A stretch of DNA of 63,361 nt, counting the filler, from Chiloscyllium plagiosum (taxonomy: Eukaryota): the NCBI RefSeq assembly GCF_004010195.1. It is 4 parts of one record of this genome, joined end to end, with 100 filler letters (N's around TTAATTAATTAA, not from the genome) between each part and the next. Parts side by side here need not be neighbours in the genome. Positions count along the whole stretch, not along the records: positions 35,591 to 55,946 come from NC_057716.1; positions 56,047 to 63,361 come from NC_057716.1; 2 more parts are not named here. One strand, given 5' to 3'. The notes under the pieces were generated by a model. The model saw only the letters and a program-made list of their open reading frames with translations. It was not told where the DNA came from and did not search any database. Both the position numbers and the translations under genes were made by a program. Every line of letters begins with the position of its first letter. The first letter of the stretch is position 1. This document shows, in pieces, positions 52,147 to 63,361 of the stretch.

Positions 52147-54354
52147 AGTGGTTGTGAAATTAGAGATTTAAAATCAAAGAAATATTACATTTGATCTTGT
52201 GCAAGAAACTAATTGTGGTATTCAAAGTAAATATCTTCGGTTAAATAGAATTTTTCACAGAAATGCTGTTCAGGTCCCAACAGGTCCTGGCAGTATTTAT
52301 GTGCCACACATGCTTTCACTTACCCTACTCTGGTTGACCCAATAAAGACCTAAAATAATATTTCATTGATTGTAAAGAGTGTATACATTTCAAAACAACT
52401 AATGAATGTTCTTCCATTAGAAAGTATGCCTAATTCAAAATATTTTCCTCCACAGGTATGATTTCTCCAATTGCTCCATCAGCTCATTCAATTCTTTTCT
52501 CCCTCATTTACATATCTAACTTCCTGTTAAATGCATGTATCTGACTCAAACTGTCCATTTGTCAGGAGTGTCGTGGAAAACCCATTTGCAGCTCTAACAA
52601 CATTCAAGAAGCTTGATACTATTCAGGATAAAGCAATCCCTTGATTTGCACCACACCCACCAACATCCATTACTTCCATTGACAATCAGTAGCAGCAGTG
52701 CGTGCCACCTACAAAGTGCACTGCAGAAATTTACCAAAGATCCTTAAACTGTACCTTCTAAACCTTCAACCAGCACCAACTAATAGGACATTGTCAGAAG
52801 TCACACAACGCTAGGTTATAGCCCAATAGGTTTATTTGAAATCACAAGCTTTCAGAGCACTGCTCCTTCATCAGGTTCAACTGACAAAGGGGCATCACTC
52901 CAAACCTGGTATCATGTAACTTCTGACCTTGCCCACCTCAGTCCAACACCAGCACCTCCACATCTTGTAGGACAGTGACAGCTGATACATGGGAACATCA
53001 CCACCTGCAAGATCCCTTCAAAATTACTCACCATCATGATTTGGAAATATATTAGCATTCCTTCAGTGTCGCTGGATCAAAACCCTGGACTATCTCCTTA
53101 ACTGCATTATGGGTATACCTACAACAAATCAATCAATCAGTTTAGGACAACAGCTTTTCAAGTTAACTAAGGATAGGTTATAAATGCGGGCCCAGTCTTG
53201 GACATCCACATTTCATGAATGAATAAAAATACACGTTCCACAATCTTACCACACTCGCATACAGAGATTTCCAATTTCCAATGGCATCAGAATTTTAGAC
53301 TCCCCACAAGTTGAAACATCTTTGCTATTTCTATGTGGCACAGCCCTTTGTAATCCTAAACTGATTGATTGATTTGTTGTAGGTATACCCATAATGCAGT
53401 TAAGGAGATAGTCCAGGGTTTTGATCCAGTGACACTGAAGGAATGCTGATATATTTCCAAATCATGATGGTGAGTAATTTTGAAGGGATCTTGCAGGTGG
53501 TGATGTTCCCATGTATCAGCTGTCACTGTCCTACAAGATGTGGAGGTGCTGGTGTTGGACTGAGGTGGGCAAGGTCAGAAGTTACATGATACCAGGTTTG
53601 GAGTGATGCCCCTTCGTCAGTTGAACCTGATGAAGGAGCAGTGTTCTGAAAGCTTGTGATTTCAAATAAACCTATTGGGCTATAACCTAGCGTTGTGTGA
53701 CTTCTGACAATGTCCTATTAGTTGGTGCTGGTTGAAGGTTTAGAAGGTACAGTTTAAGGATCTTTGGTAAATTTCTGCAGTGCACTTTGTAGGTGGCACG
53801 CACTGCTGCTACTGATTGTCAATGGAAGTAATGGATGTTGGTGGGTGTGGTGCAAATCAAGGGATTGCTTTATCCTGAATAGTATCAAGCTTCTTGAATG
53901 TTGTTAGAGCTGCAAATGGGTTTTCCACGACACTCCTGACAAATGGACAGTTTGAGTCAGATACATGCATTTAACAGGAAGTTAGATATGTAAATGAGGG
54001 AGAAAAGAATTGAATGAGCTGATGGAGCAATTGGAGAAATCATACCTGTGGAGGAAAATATTTTGAATTAGGCATACTTTCTAATGGAAGAACATTCATT
54101 AGTTGTTTTGAAATGTATACACTCTTTACAATCAATGAAATATTATTTTAGGTCTTTATTGGGTCAACCAGAGTAGGGTAAGTGAAAGCATGTGTGGCAC
54201 ATAAATACTGCCAGGACCTGTTGGGACCTGAACAGCATTTCTGTGAAAAATTCTATTTAACCGAAGATATTTACTTTGAATACCACAATTAGTTTCTTGC
54301 ACAAGATCAAATGTAATATTTCTTTGATTTTAAATCTCTAATTTCACAACCACT
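52147..54354. repeat. Long inverted repeat: 1001-bp arms (52147-53147 and 53354-54354) with a 206-bp spacer
   Basis: The arms are reverse complements end to end; I found four substitutions by eye. Confidence 0.96.
52791..52967. mobile_element. Short inverted-dimer PLE insertion inside a LINE 3' fragment (52590-53230); mirrored in the right palindrome arm
   Basis: Same family as 2056-2265; TSD taggaca at 52784-52790 and 52968-52974; cctgatgaaggagcagtg..gaaagct. Confidence 0.75.
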
Positions 54355-54488
54355 CTGTTTGTAGTCCTCTCTCGTCTTGCAAAGACATAGACACTTTGGA
54401 AGACAAGTTTTTCTTTTCCAAATTGTAAACTTTTAGATTAAAATCATAATAACACAATTACATCAAAATTGCTCTCAACAACAAATGC

Positions 54489-55245
54489 TGTTTGGCTTGT
54501 CCTAGGATGGATGTGTTGTCCCAGTTGAAGTGGTATCCTTACCATGTGGCAAATTTCACAAGAATGCACAAGCCAACAAACTGGATTTTAAAGCCAAATT
54601 CTTAAATGTCTAAACTGATAGATTAAAATAGTGATTTCTCTTTCTGTACCTGAAGCAATGGTAACATTTTACACATTACATCATGAAGCTTAAAATTTCC
54701 ACAGCATTTATAAAGCTGGTGAAAATTTCACAATATTTGACAACTGAGAGAGCATGATAAATAAATGTAGAAGGTAACAAACACTACATCAGACAAACAG
54801 GCAAAAAAATAGCCACCAGGATACAGGAACACCAACTAGCCACAAAAAGACATGACCCACTCTCACTAGTATCCTTACATACAGATGAGGAAGGACACCA
54901 CTTCGACTGGGACATCACATCCATCCTAGGACAAGCCAAAAAAGAGACACGCACGAGAATTCCTAGAAACATGGCATTCCAACCGGAACTCTATCAACAA
55001 ACACTGACTTGGATCCCATTTACCACCCCCTGAGAAAAAGAACAGGAAATTACATCACCACAAGAAATGACGCTACTAACCCAAGGAAAGTTAAACACAA
55101 ATAGAAAGTGAGCCATGCCACCAGAGGCTCACTGATGTTACCTAGTTTGGTCACAAAACATCTGAAAACTAACCTTCCAGCTCAGCGAGCAAACCTATAT
55201 CCAGAACCTCAACCTAAGCTATAAATCTTCTCAAAACTCACTAAT
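54489..55245 (+). mobile_element. PLE GIY-YIG C-terminus and 3' end (54775-55245) with an inverted fragment (54489-54540)
   Basis: KHYIRQTGKKIATRIQEHQLATKRHDPLSLVSLHTDEEGHHFDWD; homologous to 62345-62767. Confidence 0.85.
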
Positions 55246-55946
55246 GTTTTAAGTGCTAATCTTGACTCATGAGAAATATGACACCTGGTTAGACAGCACT
55301 AAATTTTTTTTTCTTTCTTTCTGTTCCTGGGATCCCACTGCATGCTCATTGCCTGCCAGATTTAGCTATATAAATAGAATAACTTCACTTCAGAAGAAAC
55401 TCCTACATTGAGCAAAGCTTTTGTATTTGATTCTGAAAACATGCTAACATATTTCATAAATGCAGGTTCCTTCTGGTTATGTCCCTACCTCAGCAAAGCA
55501 ACATAATTCCTACCAAATTCTTTTGGAGGAAAGATCAAAGTTCAAACACATTTGTACTTTATCAGGCCTCAAACATACATAGGCAGACAAACAGGGAAAG
55601 GTGGAAAGGAATTTGTTCTGACAAATGTTTCTCCAGCACCTAAAGATTATTCTTTTAATTATTAACTTCACAGAGGCATCAACATCCTTGGTTAATGATG
55701 AGAAACCACCATGTGGCAAATTTCACAAGAATGCACAAGCCAACAAACTGGATTTTAAAGCCAAATTCTTAAATGTCTAAACTGATAGATTAAAATAGTG
55801 ATTTCTCTTTCTGTACCTGAAGCAATGGTAACATTTTACACATTACATCATGAAGCTTAAAATTTCCACAGCATTTATAAAGCTGGTGAAAATTTCACAA
55901 TATTTGACAACTGAGAGAGCATGATAAATAAATGTAGAAGGTAACA
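54541..55946 (+). repeat. 239-bp identical direct repeat (54541-54779 and 55708-55946)
   Basis: accatgtggcaaatttcac..gtagaaggtaaca occurs twice; the second copy ends at the N gap. Confidence 0.93.
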
Positions 55947-56046
55947 NNNNNNNNNNNNNNNNNNNNNNNNNNNNNNNNNNNNNNNNNNNNTTAATTAATT
56001 AANNNNNNNNNNNNNNNNNNNNNNNNNNNNNNNNNNNNNNNNNNNN

Positions 56047-56268
56047 CAGATGTTAGGGGTAGGTTCTTTACTCAGCGAGTCGTGAGTTCATGGAATGCCC
56101 TGCCAGTAGCAGTGGTGGACTCTCCCTCATTATGGGCATTTAAGCGGGCATTGGATAGGCATATGGAGGATAGTGGGCTAGTGTCGGTTAGGTGGGCTTG
56201 GATCAGCGCAACATTGAGGCCCGAAGGGCCTGTACTGCGCTGTATTCTTCTATGTTCTATGTTCTATT
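56047..56268 (+). mobile_element. CR1 3' end with (TTCTATG)n tail
   Basis: FFTQRVVSSWNALP..FKRALD; ttctatgttctatgttctat. Confidence 0.88.
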
Positions 56269-56289
56269 ACCTGTTTAGTATTGGCAGTA

Positions 56290-56891
56290 CATATACTGCA
56301 TAACCAAAAGTGGGCACACATTTGTTAGCAGTTTTGCTCCAATCTTTATTTGCTACCCAATGATTGCATACTGCATTTTGGTTGACGTGTTGTCCAGATG
56401 AAATGTGCAACTTACGTCACATCAAGTTGACTAAGTGATCTACTTCTAATCTCTTTCTGGGTTTATGGTTAATCAAGTTTATACGGCTAAATCCATGACG
56501 TCTTTTGGCACAATCCATAGGCAGCAGGTGCTTGTAACCTCTATGTTTGGAGATTGATATCAGACAATGCACATGCCTCACTGCATAATCAGGTCACAAA
56601 TCTGAATCACTTATGATACAGTTCATTATTTCAGGACCACACTTTGGAGATCACTGACACCTTTCATTGCAAGGCTGTTAACTTGATGCCGAAAATGTCG
56701 CACAAATGTCCAGAATAATGGATATTTCTTGCTTCTTTTCGAGCATAGTCCACTAAATCATTGGATGTCTGAATGGAACCCATCTTGAGTTTTTGCATAA
56801 TTGGAAGTTTGATTTCAGTGTATTCCTCGAAAATGTTGTGGCCATGCTTTCATCACTGTTTGATACAAAAGTGGAATACTTCACTATCAGT
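56290..56891 (-). pseudogene. hAT transposase C-terminal part (dimerization domain)
   Basis: Minus strand reads HGFS / NLINHKPRKRLEVDHLVNLM*RKLH.., like the ZNF862-type hAT C-terminus. Confidence 0.7.
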
Positions 56892-57699
56892 CAAAACTCA
56901 TTTGCATCAGTCAAAACTCATTAGAAGCAACATTGCAATTTGGAACTGCTTTTATATTTATGCTTATTCCTCCTAATTTATCTCACTAAGTTTGAAGTAA
57001 AATACTCAATTTTATTTAGATTTATTCTTAAGTTCATTTAAAACTAAGCAGTTCACATGGACAATTCTCTGATTAACTGTTCTCTGATTCTCTGTCCTTA
57101 ACTGTTCCTATGTAAATGCCTTATTAATGCAATTGCTCCTTAAAAGGGTTCATGTAAGAACCCACTCCCTCATTTAGAAAATTACCTACTTTCCCAACTC
57201 AGGATGTGATGGTGAAACCTAAACCTTAATATTCCTTCCTTCCTTCCACTCCCTGTCAACCCAATTGGATCTGAGTTTCAGCACATTCCCAGCTAACCCT
57301 TTTTTAAAATCTTAATCTCCACTCTTTGCTCCCCTGAGCTCAGACATAACTGTACCAACCATCATGATGCACTGTCACCCCCATGAAAGTAAGGGTAACA
57401 CTAATTGTCAGTGACACCCATGCAGTCACATGTGCCTTCCAAAACTCCATCATCTCCCACCCTTGAATATTGAGTCACCCCCACTTCATAATTATTGTCA
57501 TTTGTTCATCCCAGCATGCTGTCTCCAAACCTCACAATTGGCTTACCGAACCTGTCCACCACACAGTGACCCCCGAGAACATTCCTTGACTTCAAGTGAA
57601 TAGACTCTCAGATCTGACTGTGGCTCAGCCCTGACTAAGGACAGACCAGCTCACTGACTAACTGACTTTTAATCATCCTCTGACTGGTTACGAGGAAAC

Positions 57700-59205
57700 T
57701 GCAGGACTGACCAGCAAAGTGAAAGTAATGCATACCCTGTGATTGTTCGCAACAGGTGGTCATATCCGAAAAGCGAATGAAGGCATCCTGCTCCAGAACT
57801 CCATGGAATATTGCCCAATGCACAACTCATGAATCGCAGAATCCTCCACTTGCCAGGAATTGTCAAGAAAATTGTCATTGATAATGTTATACTTGCAATA
57901 AAGATCAATGTACCCAAGCTTTTCATGAAGACATTGATGATCATGTGGTGAAATATGCAGCAATTTGTAGAGTATATTGGCTTTGCCATACAGAGACAAT
58001 TCTTAAAAAATTGTATGAATCGTTTTTTCACATATTGATAATGAACAAAATTACAGACATTTCAGTATGAAAAAATTGATTTTGTACATCAAGTTTCAAC
58101 CAGACTGTGAACTTGCTTACAAGACTGACTTTGATACAATTTTATAAATGACAGCTTGCAAAAGACAGCAATTAAACAATTTTATGTGAACACTGATGTT
58201 ATGCTTGGAAAAAAAAATGGAGAAGATGAGATCAGACATTTGTTGGAAAAGTATTGTGTTGCTCACAGATACGATCTGGGAATTGATGTTATTTGGATGC
58301 ACGCAGCAATTAGGTAAGATACTGAAATGTTTTTAAACCAGTATATACAGTGTTCAGCAGATCAACTGTAAAGAAAGGACAATTTGAAGATTTTTCCGAA
58401 GTCACAGTTTGATACAGTGGCATTTAAATCTCGGAATGAAGTGAGGTGGCTGTCAAGATCTTGCAGCGAATGTACTAATGCAAAACTACAATGTCTTGAT
58501 CAAGTACGCAGAACACAAGTGAGTAAATGGTCTGAAATTCTCTCAAAGCTATAATATTGCATTACATTGACATTGACTCGTTCACCTTGCAAAGTCTTGC
58601 AAAGAAGCTAAAACAGAATGATGATAAAATAGATCAGATCTAGCAGCATCTATTGAGACAAAGGGTCACTGAACTCAAAAAAAATCCTTTTCTCTCAATA
58701 GATGCTGCCAGACCTGCTGTGTTTCTCCAGCACACTCTGTTTTTGTTTCAGATTTCAAGCATTTGCAGTTCTTTGTTTTTACTTCTTGCAGAGAAGCATG
58801 TTTGACAGCAACTAAAGCTAGACAATTTGCAAATGCCAAGACCAATAAACTGAATACTGTACTCAATATTTAAGTGAATTTGGTTATTGGAGTGGTGAAG
58901 TTAAGGTTCTGGCTGCTCTGTGGTCACTGCTGTAATCCTTCAATTTATTCAATAGCTATATGACCATCTGGAAAGCAGATTTCCAGAAGAGGAATTATGA
59001 GAACGGAATGCATTTGAGCTGGCTGCAATAATCAAGACAACTGATATGAATTTGGATAAGACAATATTGTACAACTGATAGTGAAGTATTCCACTTTTGT
59101 ATCAAACAGTGATGAAAGCATGGCCACAACATTTTCGAGGAATACACTGATTTCAAACTTCCAATTATGCAAAAACTCAAGATGGGTTCCATTCAGACAT
59201 CCAAT
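57700..59205 (+). pseudogene. hAT (ZNF862-like) transposase N-terminal and central part
   Basis: LILYIKF (58076), VMLGK, YCVAHRYDLGID (58252; CxxH motif), VYTVFSRSTVKKGQFE, VAFKSRNEVRWLSR (58441; RW motif). Confidence 0.8.
58610..58783. mobile_element. Short inverted PLE insertion within the hAT fossil
   Basis: gcagcatctattgaga pairs with tctcaatagatgctgc; flanked by tcttgca(a/g)agaagc on both sides. Confidence 0.7.
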
Positions 59206-59339
59206 TAGACAGTAAAGAGGAATGTACAGGCTCAATATAATGGTCATTATTTTAATTAAACACTCAACCACTAAGCATGACAGCTGGTTTGAAAGTTGAT
59301 TTTTCTACCTAGTGGATTTTGTAAAACAAAAAGAGGTTG

Positions 59340-60490
59340 TTTATTTTAGAAAAAAGATTAAATCACATCTGGGGTAAATGACTAGAGGGATGGGATTCCC
59401 CTTAAAGCAGAGTGTAAAGGGGAGATTTCATACACTAGTGTAGATTAGGAAATCATCTGTTCCATCATGTCTATGCTGGCTGTTTCAAGAACAATCCAGT
59501 TAGTCCTGCTTCCCAGTTCTTTTCAAATCTCTACAATATTTTCTGTTTTATGTTCTTTTTCAATCCCCTCTTGAATATTTATCCACCACCCTATCAGGTA
59601 AGGCATTCCAAATCCTAATTATCAAATGAGTAAAACATTTTTCTTCATGTCTGCTTTCTTTGCCAAAGACATTAATCTATGCTTTCTTATTGATAATGGA
59701 AACTGTTCCTTTTTACTTAGCCTAATCTCAGTTTTAAACACACCAACAAATCTTTTCCCAGTCCACACTCAAAGAACCCAGAACCATCGACATAACCTTT
59801 CATTCCCGAACCCATTCTAGTACATCTCTCTGTACTTTCATGTTCTTCCTAAAGCCTGATACTACAACTTGGGATGATCAACTATTTTATGTAAATTTAG
59901 CATAGCATCTTAGGTGCTTTTGTACTCCATGCCATTGTTTATGAAGCTTAATATCTTACATATGAACTTCTTTGTTACCGTTTTACCATTTTTTAAACAC
60001 ACAAACACCCCCAAATATTTCTGCTCTTTCATACCCTTTAAAGATACCATTCAGCACCTTCTTTCTTCATTTTTCTTTGTTAAACAGACCACTTCACATT
60101 TTACTGCATTGTATTTCAACTACCATTTATCCATTCTAACACTGTCAATGTTCTCTTGAAGACTTCTACTGTCTTCCTCACTATTTATTACCTGAAGCAA
60201 GGTTTGTACAGAATAAATCAGGAACATTGGTAACCGTAGAAAACAGATTTAAAGCACCTTTTAAAAGAATCACAGAGCAGAGGGATTATCTTCTTAAAAA
60301 GCAAGCAGTTATGATACAGACCTTTAAGTGCCATGGAAGCAGAATTGACAAAAACTTTTCAAAATTAACTAGGAATGTGCTTAAATAACCAAGTTTGCAG
60401 AACCCAGATAAAATAAAATAGCAGTAACTGGATAACTTTCAAAGAGCCAGCATTAGCATGATGAGATGACAAGTCTCATTCTGCACTGCA
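59340..60490. mobile_element. Old nested CR1 3' fragments (plus, minus, plus)
   Basis: Degenerate CR1 3' ORF2/UTR motifs such as tccaccaccctatcaggtaaggcattccaaatc. Confidence 0.45.
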
Positions 60491-61489
60491 TAACAAAGAA
60501 AAACATTTCAAGAACATCATCTCTCAGTTTGTTCCTTCATATATTAAAAACTAGTTCCATATTCAGAGTGAGGAGAAAATCTTAGCAGATGCAGCAATCT
60601 CAAATAATGAACATAATAATTTGTTCACTTTTATCAGTGGGAAGATGTAAAATTCTGTCTACTAGGAAATTTCACTTTTTTTGGTTTTAAGTTGGGAAAA
60701 TGTATTTATCGATAAACTAGAGTTGTTTGTTTTAAATTCAAGGTTAGATTGAAATATACCTCATAGAAGTAATACTGTCTTGATCAATACAGTGGAAAAT
60801 ATCTGTTCAAAGAGAAACAACTTAAAATTGTTGTATGCACAAAGTAGCGCATGTTTAGACTCTACAAGTTATAATATGGAATACATCTTCGTGAATTCCT
60901 GCACAATCATCTATGGTACAATTTTCAGATGTCTTCACTGAAATATACATAAGTACCCATTTCCAGTTTTTAAGTAATGTCTATGCTGTTTCATTTGCAT
61001 TTCTCACGTTTTTCTTAATATTGATTTGCATGCAAGTGTTTCATCTATTAAATTGTCATCATTTTCCTCTTGACTTATTGGCATCCAAATTTCTTCCAGA
61101 TTTGTTTTTCTCATTTCTTTATTTAGTTTGGTTTTCAAAGATCTTTTAAAGAATCCACACTAAAGGGGACGGGGAAGAGAAGGGAAAAAAAATTACAAAA
61201 CTATAAATGAAAGTCTTACCTCTTGATATTTGCATAATTTGTAACAGTGGTCACAAATTTCACACATAACAATATGATCATTTATTGTCATTTGTACTCT
61301 GCAAACAACACAGTCAAATGCAGTGAAATGAAATTGACACTGCCTGAAAAAGCAGTCTTGATCAAAGGAGAAAACGAAAAGCATTGTTATTAACCACAGA
61401 ATTTTCTGGGCACAAATTGACTTCAGTAGTCACCTATGTAGCCCCGGGACCACATAAGCACCCAGATGATCTTCATTTTAGATTCTTAT

Positions 61490-61822
61490 ATGGGACTTTG
61501 GCATCACTTGCAAAGCTAGCACTTTATCTCCATCCCTAATTGCACTGGAACCGATTGGGTCCCTTGGCCATTTCAAATGACTGCTATGAGTGAATCACAT
61601 TGCTGAGAGTCTGGAGTCATGTGTAGGCCAGTTAAGGACAGCTGCTTTCCTCACCTAAGGTGAGCCAAGTGGGTTTTATGATCAGAATCTTTTTAATTTG
61701 AGTTAAAATTTCAATATCTACCATGGTAGGATTCAAACCCATATCTCTAGAATGGATTCAAATCCAAAGAATGGATCTCTGGATTATGAGTGCAGTGACA
61801 TTACCACTCTGCCATCATCTCT
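61490..61822 (-). mobile_element. tRNA-derived SINE
   Basis: catccctaattgc..gagtctggagtcatgtgtaggcca..ggattcaaaccc..gtgacattaccact. Confidence 0.7.
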
Positions 61823-62344
61823 TCAAAGAATGAGCAGGCAAGCAAAAATGGCATTGGCAAGACTAGTTTACACTAAAAATTAGTGACATTGGACAAAACA
61901 TGATTTAGGTCTCCTACACCTCATGGATAAAGTAAAATAAAATTATTTATGAAGTAATAACATAAAAAATAAAATCATATGCATGAATGTAAGTGCACAT
62001 ATAAATACTGATTTGTTTTTCTGGAGTGGAGATCCACCTTTACCCAACTCAAATAAATAGGACAACTGAACAAGTGAAATCCACCGACTGACAAACCTAT
62101 TCCATATCTTGCTGTTCTTAAACTTTTTGAATTGGCATTCTGATCAGGCAGATGATTCACCATCAAAAAGCTGGTGATGTCTTTTTGTAAATATTGAATG
62201 CAATTTGGCATCTGGTACCATCATTGGGTCCAGACTGCAGTTTTAACTGTGCCGTAAGTGTAGAAATCTCTGTCTGGTTATGGGCCATCAGAGAATGACT
62301 GACATCAAAAGAGGTCATTGACAATAATTTTACAGAATAGGAAT

Positions 62345-62767
62345 AAAACAGAAATTCAGAAAGAACAGATACCCAATGAACACAGTCCGCAGATTTCTCA
62401 GCATCAAACCCAGACAAGCAGACAAAACGCGTCCAGAAACCCTAGCCACTCTCCACTACATCAAAGACATCTCGGAAATGACTGCCAGACTACAAAGATC
62501 CCTCAGTATCATGGTAGCCCACAAACCCACCAACACACTAAAACAGCAGCTAATGAACTTGAAAGACCCTATACAGACAACAAGCAAAATTTATGTTATT
62601 TACAACATATCATGCAAGGACTGTAACAAACACTACATTTAACAAACACTACATTGGACAAACAGGCAGAAAACTAGCCACTAGTATACATGAACATCAA
62701 CTAGCCTCAAAACGACATGAACCTCTTTCACTAGTATCCTTTCATAGAAATGAGGAAGGACACCAAT
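62345..62767 (+). mobile_element. PLE GIY-YIG endonuclease remnant
   Basis: LHYIKDISE..VIYNISCKDCNKHYI / GQTGRKLATSIHEH, frameshifted by a 16-bp tandem duplication taacaaacactacatt. Confidence 0.88.
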
Positions 62768-63361
62768 ATAGAGTCATAGAGATGTACAGCATGGAAACAG
62801 ATCCTTCGGTCCAATCCGTCCATCCCGACCCAATCTAGTCCCACCTGCCAGCACCCGGCCCATTTCCCTCCAAACCCTTCCTATTCATATACCCATCCAA
62901 ATGCCTCTTAAATGTTGCAATTGCACCAGCCTCCACTACATCCTCTGGCAGCTCATTCCATACATGTACCACCCTCTGTGTGAAAAAGGTGCCCCTTAGG
63001 TCTTTTTTATATCTTTCCCCTCTCACCCTAAACCTATGCCCTCTAGTTCTGGACTCCCCAACCCCAGGGAAAAGACTTTGCCTATTTACCCTATCTATGC
63101 CCCTCATAATTTTGTAAACCTCAATTCGGTCACCCCCCGCCTCCGATGCTCCAGGGAAAACAGCCCCAGCCTGTTCAGCCACTCCCTACAGCTCAAATCC
63201 TGCAACCTGGCTACATTCTTGTAAATCTTTTCTGAACCCTTTCACGTTTCACAACATCTTTCCAATAGGAAGGAGACCAGAATTGCACGCAATATTCCAA
63301 CAGTGGCCTAACCAATGTCCTGTACAGCCACAACATGACCTCCCAACTCCTGTACTCAATA
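62768..63361 (-). mobile_element. CR1 3' end, running off the window end
   Basis: IEVYKIMRGIDRV..FFTQRVVHVWNELP..FKRHLD; agagtcatagag tail. Confidence 0.92.

Noticed and set aside
52147..54354. Palindrome interpreted as a foldback or large-TIR transposon
   Set aside because: No TSD or transposase; the arms contain unique DNA and old nested repeats that continue into the spacer.
56773..59192. Two ORFs starting MEPILSFCIIGSL, suggesting a duplicated small gene
   Set aside because: They are antisense translations of the 132-bp duplicated hAT fragment.

Overview
Eukaryotic, repeat-rich genomic DNA from a cartilaginous fish, most likely a shark, judged from HE1-type SINEs, CR1/HER1 LINE tails and shark-type Penelope elements. 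I found no intact host protein-coding gene, rRNA, true tRNA or CRISPR array. All recognisable ORFs are transposon fossils: CR1 LINEs (SGNH-esterase ORF1, APE/RT ORF2), a decayed Mag/K02A2.6-type Gypsy element, Penelope-like elements (PLEs; RT, GIY-YIG), L2/CR1-group LINEs with a partner tRNA-SINE, Tigger-like MITEs, a solo LTR and a ZNF862-like hAT transposase. Main points of interest: (1) more than 10 PLE-derived minimal hammerhead-ribozyme motifs, many in 90-210 bp TSD-flanked insertions whose 5' ends cluster at the ribozyme core; (2) a cluster of young rearrangements at 52-59 kb, comprising a near-perfect palindrome with 1001-bp arms, a 239-bp templated duplication inside a PLE, and a ~2.2-kb inversion with a 132-bp inverted breakpoint duplication that splits the hAT transposase; (3) a Gypsy element with a 5' LTR, PBS and PPT but no 3' LTR. 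There are five N-gaps, three of them containing an artificial TTAATTAATTAA linker. All calls were made by eye and most repeat boundaries are approximate.
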